Source: Myxococcales bacterium
GTDB lineage: Bacteria; Myxococcota_A; UBA9160; UBA4427
Reading direction: 5' to 3'
Assembly: GCA_022563535.1 (NCBI GenBank)
Contig: JADFNE010000019.1
Span: 3,386-67,385, forward strand
DNA: 64,000 bases
The translations under genes were made by a program, and so were the position numbers. Each line of letters opens with the position of its first letter. Within the stretch, counting starts at the first letter, position 1. This document shows, in pieces, positions 63,819-64,000 of the stretch. The notes beneath the pieces are model-generated. The model was not told the origin of the DNA. It saw nothing but the letters and a program-made list of their open reading frames with translations, and did no database searches.

Positions 63819-64000
63819 TTGAACCCATACGCCCTGAAAATCGACCGCACCCCACTGTGCAGACACCGCCCTGAGCGGCTCCGTGCCCCGACGCTTGGCC
63901 GGCTCGCAGTCGCACTGGCGGCCTGTGCCATCGCCGCTGGACTCGGCTGCGATCGCGGAACCCCGGTGGCGGCTGTCGCCGGGCTGCCCGCGGTCTCCTT
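63819..64000 (+). CDS. Possible lipoprotein gene, 5' fragment (runs off the window)
   Basis: Manual translation from TTG 63819 gives ...RLRAPTLGRLAVALAACAIAAGLGCDRGTPVAAVAGLPAVS, a signal peptide with lipobox LGC. The start codon is uncertain. Confidence 0.3.
   Translation, partial: MNPYALKIDRTPLCRHRPERLRAPTLGRLAVALAACAIAAGLGCDRGTPVAAVAGLPAVS

Noticed and set aside
1-64000. Search for CRISPR arrays, rRNA/tRNA genes, transposases, integrases, prophage genes or IS inverted repeats
   Set aside because: None were found by eye. The only tandem repeats are the 11-bp array at 51008, the 12-bp duplication at 37775 and the coding Lys/Ala repeats at 60160-60480.

Overview
High-GC (roughly 60%) chromosomal segment of a Gram-negative bacterium. 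Sigma-54 activators, an FHA protein, a PEP-CTERM protein and a TIGR02300/FYDLN-type protein suggest a delta-proteobacterial or Myxococcota-like lineage, but this is inference only. All calls come from reading the supplied translations and the DNA by eye; no searches were run. I call about 50 protein genes and find no rRNA, tRNA, CRISPR array, transposase or integrase. From left to right: (1) a putative sigma-54 module, with a GAF-domain enhancer-binding protein divergent from a GST / flavoprotein / cupin operon that has a -24/-12 promoter and upstream palindromes. (2) An oxygenase-rich lipid-modification cluster (START-like protein, fatty-acid hydroxylase, two Baeyer-Villiger/flavin monooxygenases, SDR, methyltransferase, PEP-CTERM protein), followed by acnA and beta-oxidation genes. 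(3) The most unusual locus: a two-partner-secretion operon (TpsB plus a 1971-aa exoprotein) whose passenger has a duplicated TPS/beta-helix module and ends in a TPR-CHAT (caspase-fold) protease. It is followed by a membrane TraB/GumN (Tiki-like) protein and a beta-lactamase-fold hydrolase. (4) A promoter with two GTGGGA-N5-TCCCAC operators, an SH3 lipoprotein and a diguanylate cyclase. (5) A surface-glycan island: two DUF115/MptE-like paralogs, a methyltransferase, a frameshifted porin, a CPBP protease, a HAD-UbiA (phosphoribosyltransferase-like) fusion, a GT2, a priming sugar transferase and a Wza-like exporter. (6) An FHA / nitrilase / degenerate sigma-54-activator-like operon, separated from the exporter gene by four 11-bp tandem repeats. 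(7) Housekeeping genes (mutL, miaA, der, a YfgM-like protein, slt) and a histone-H1-like/FYDLN fusion protein.
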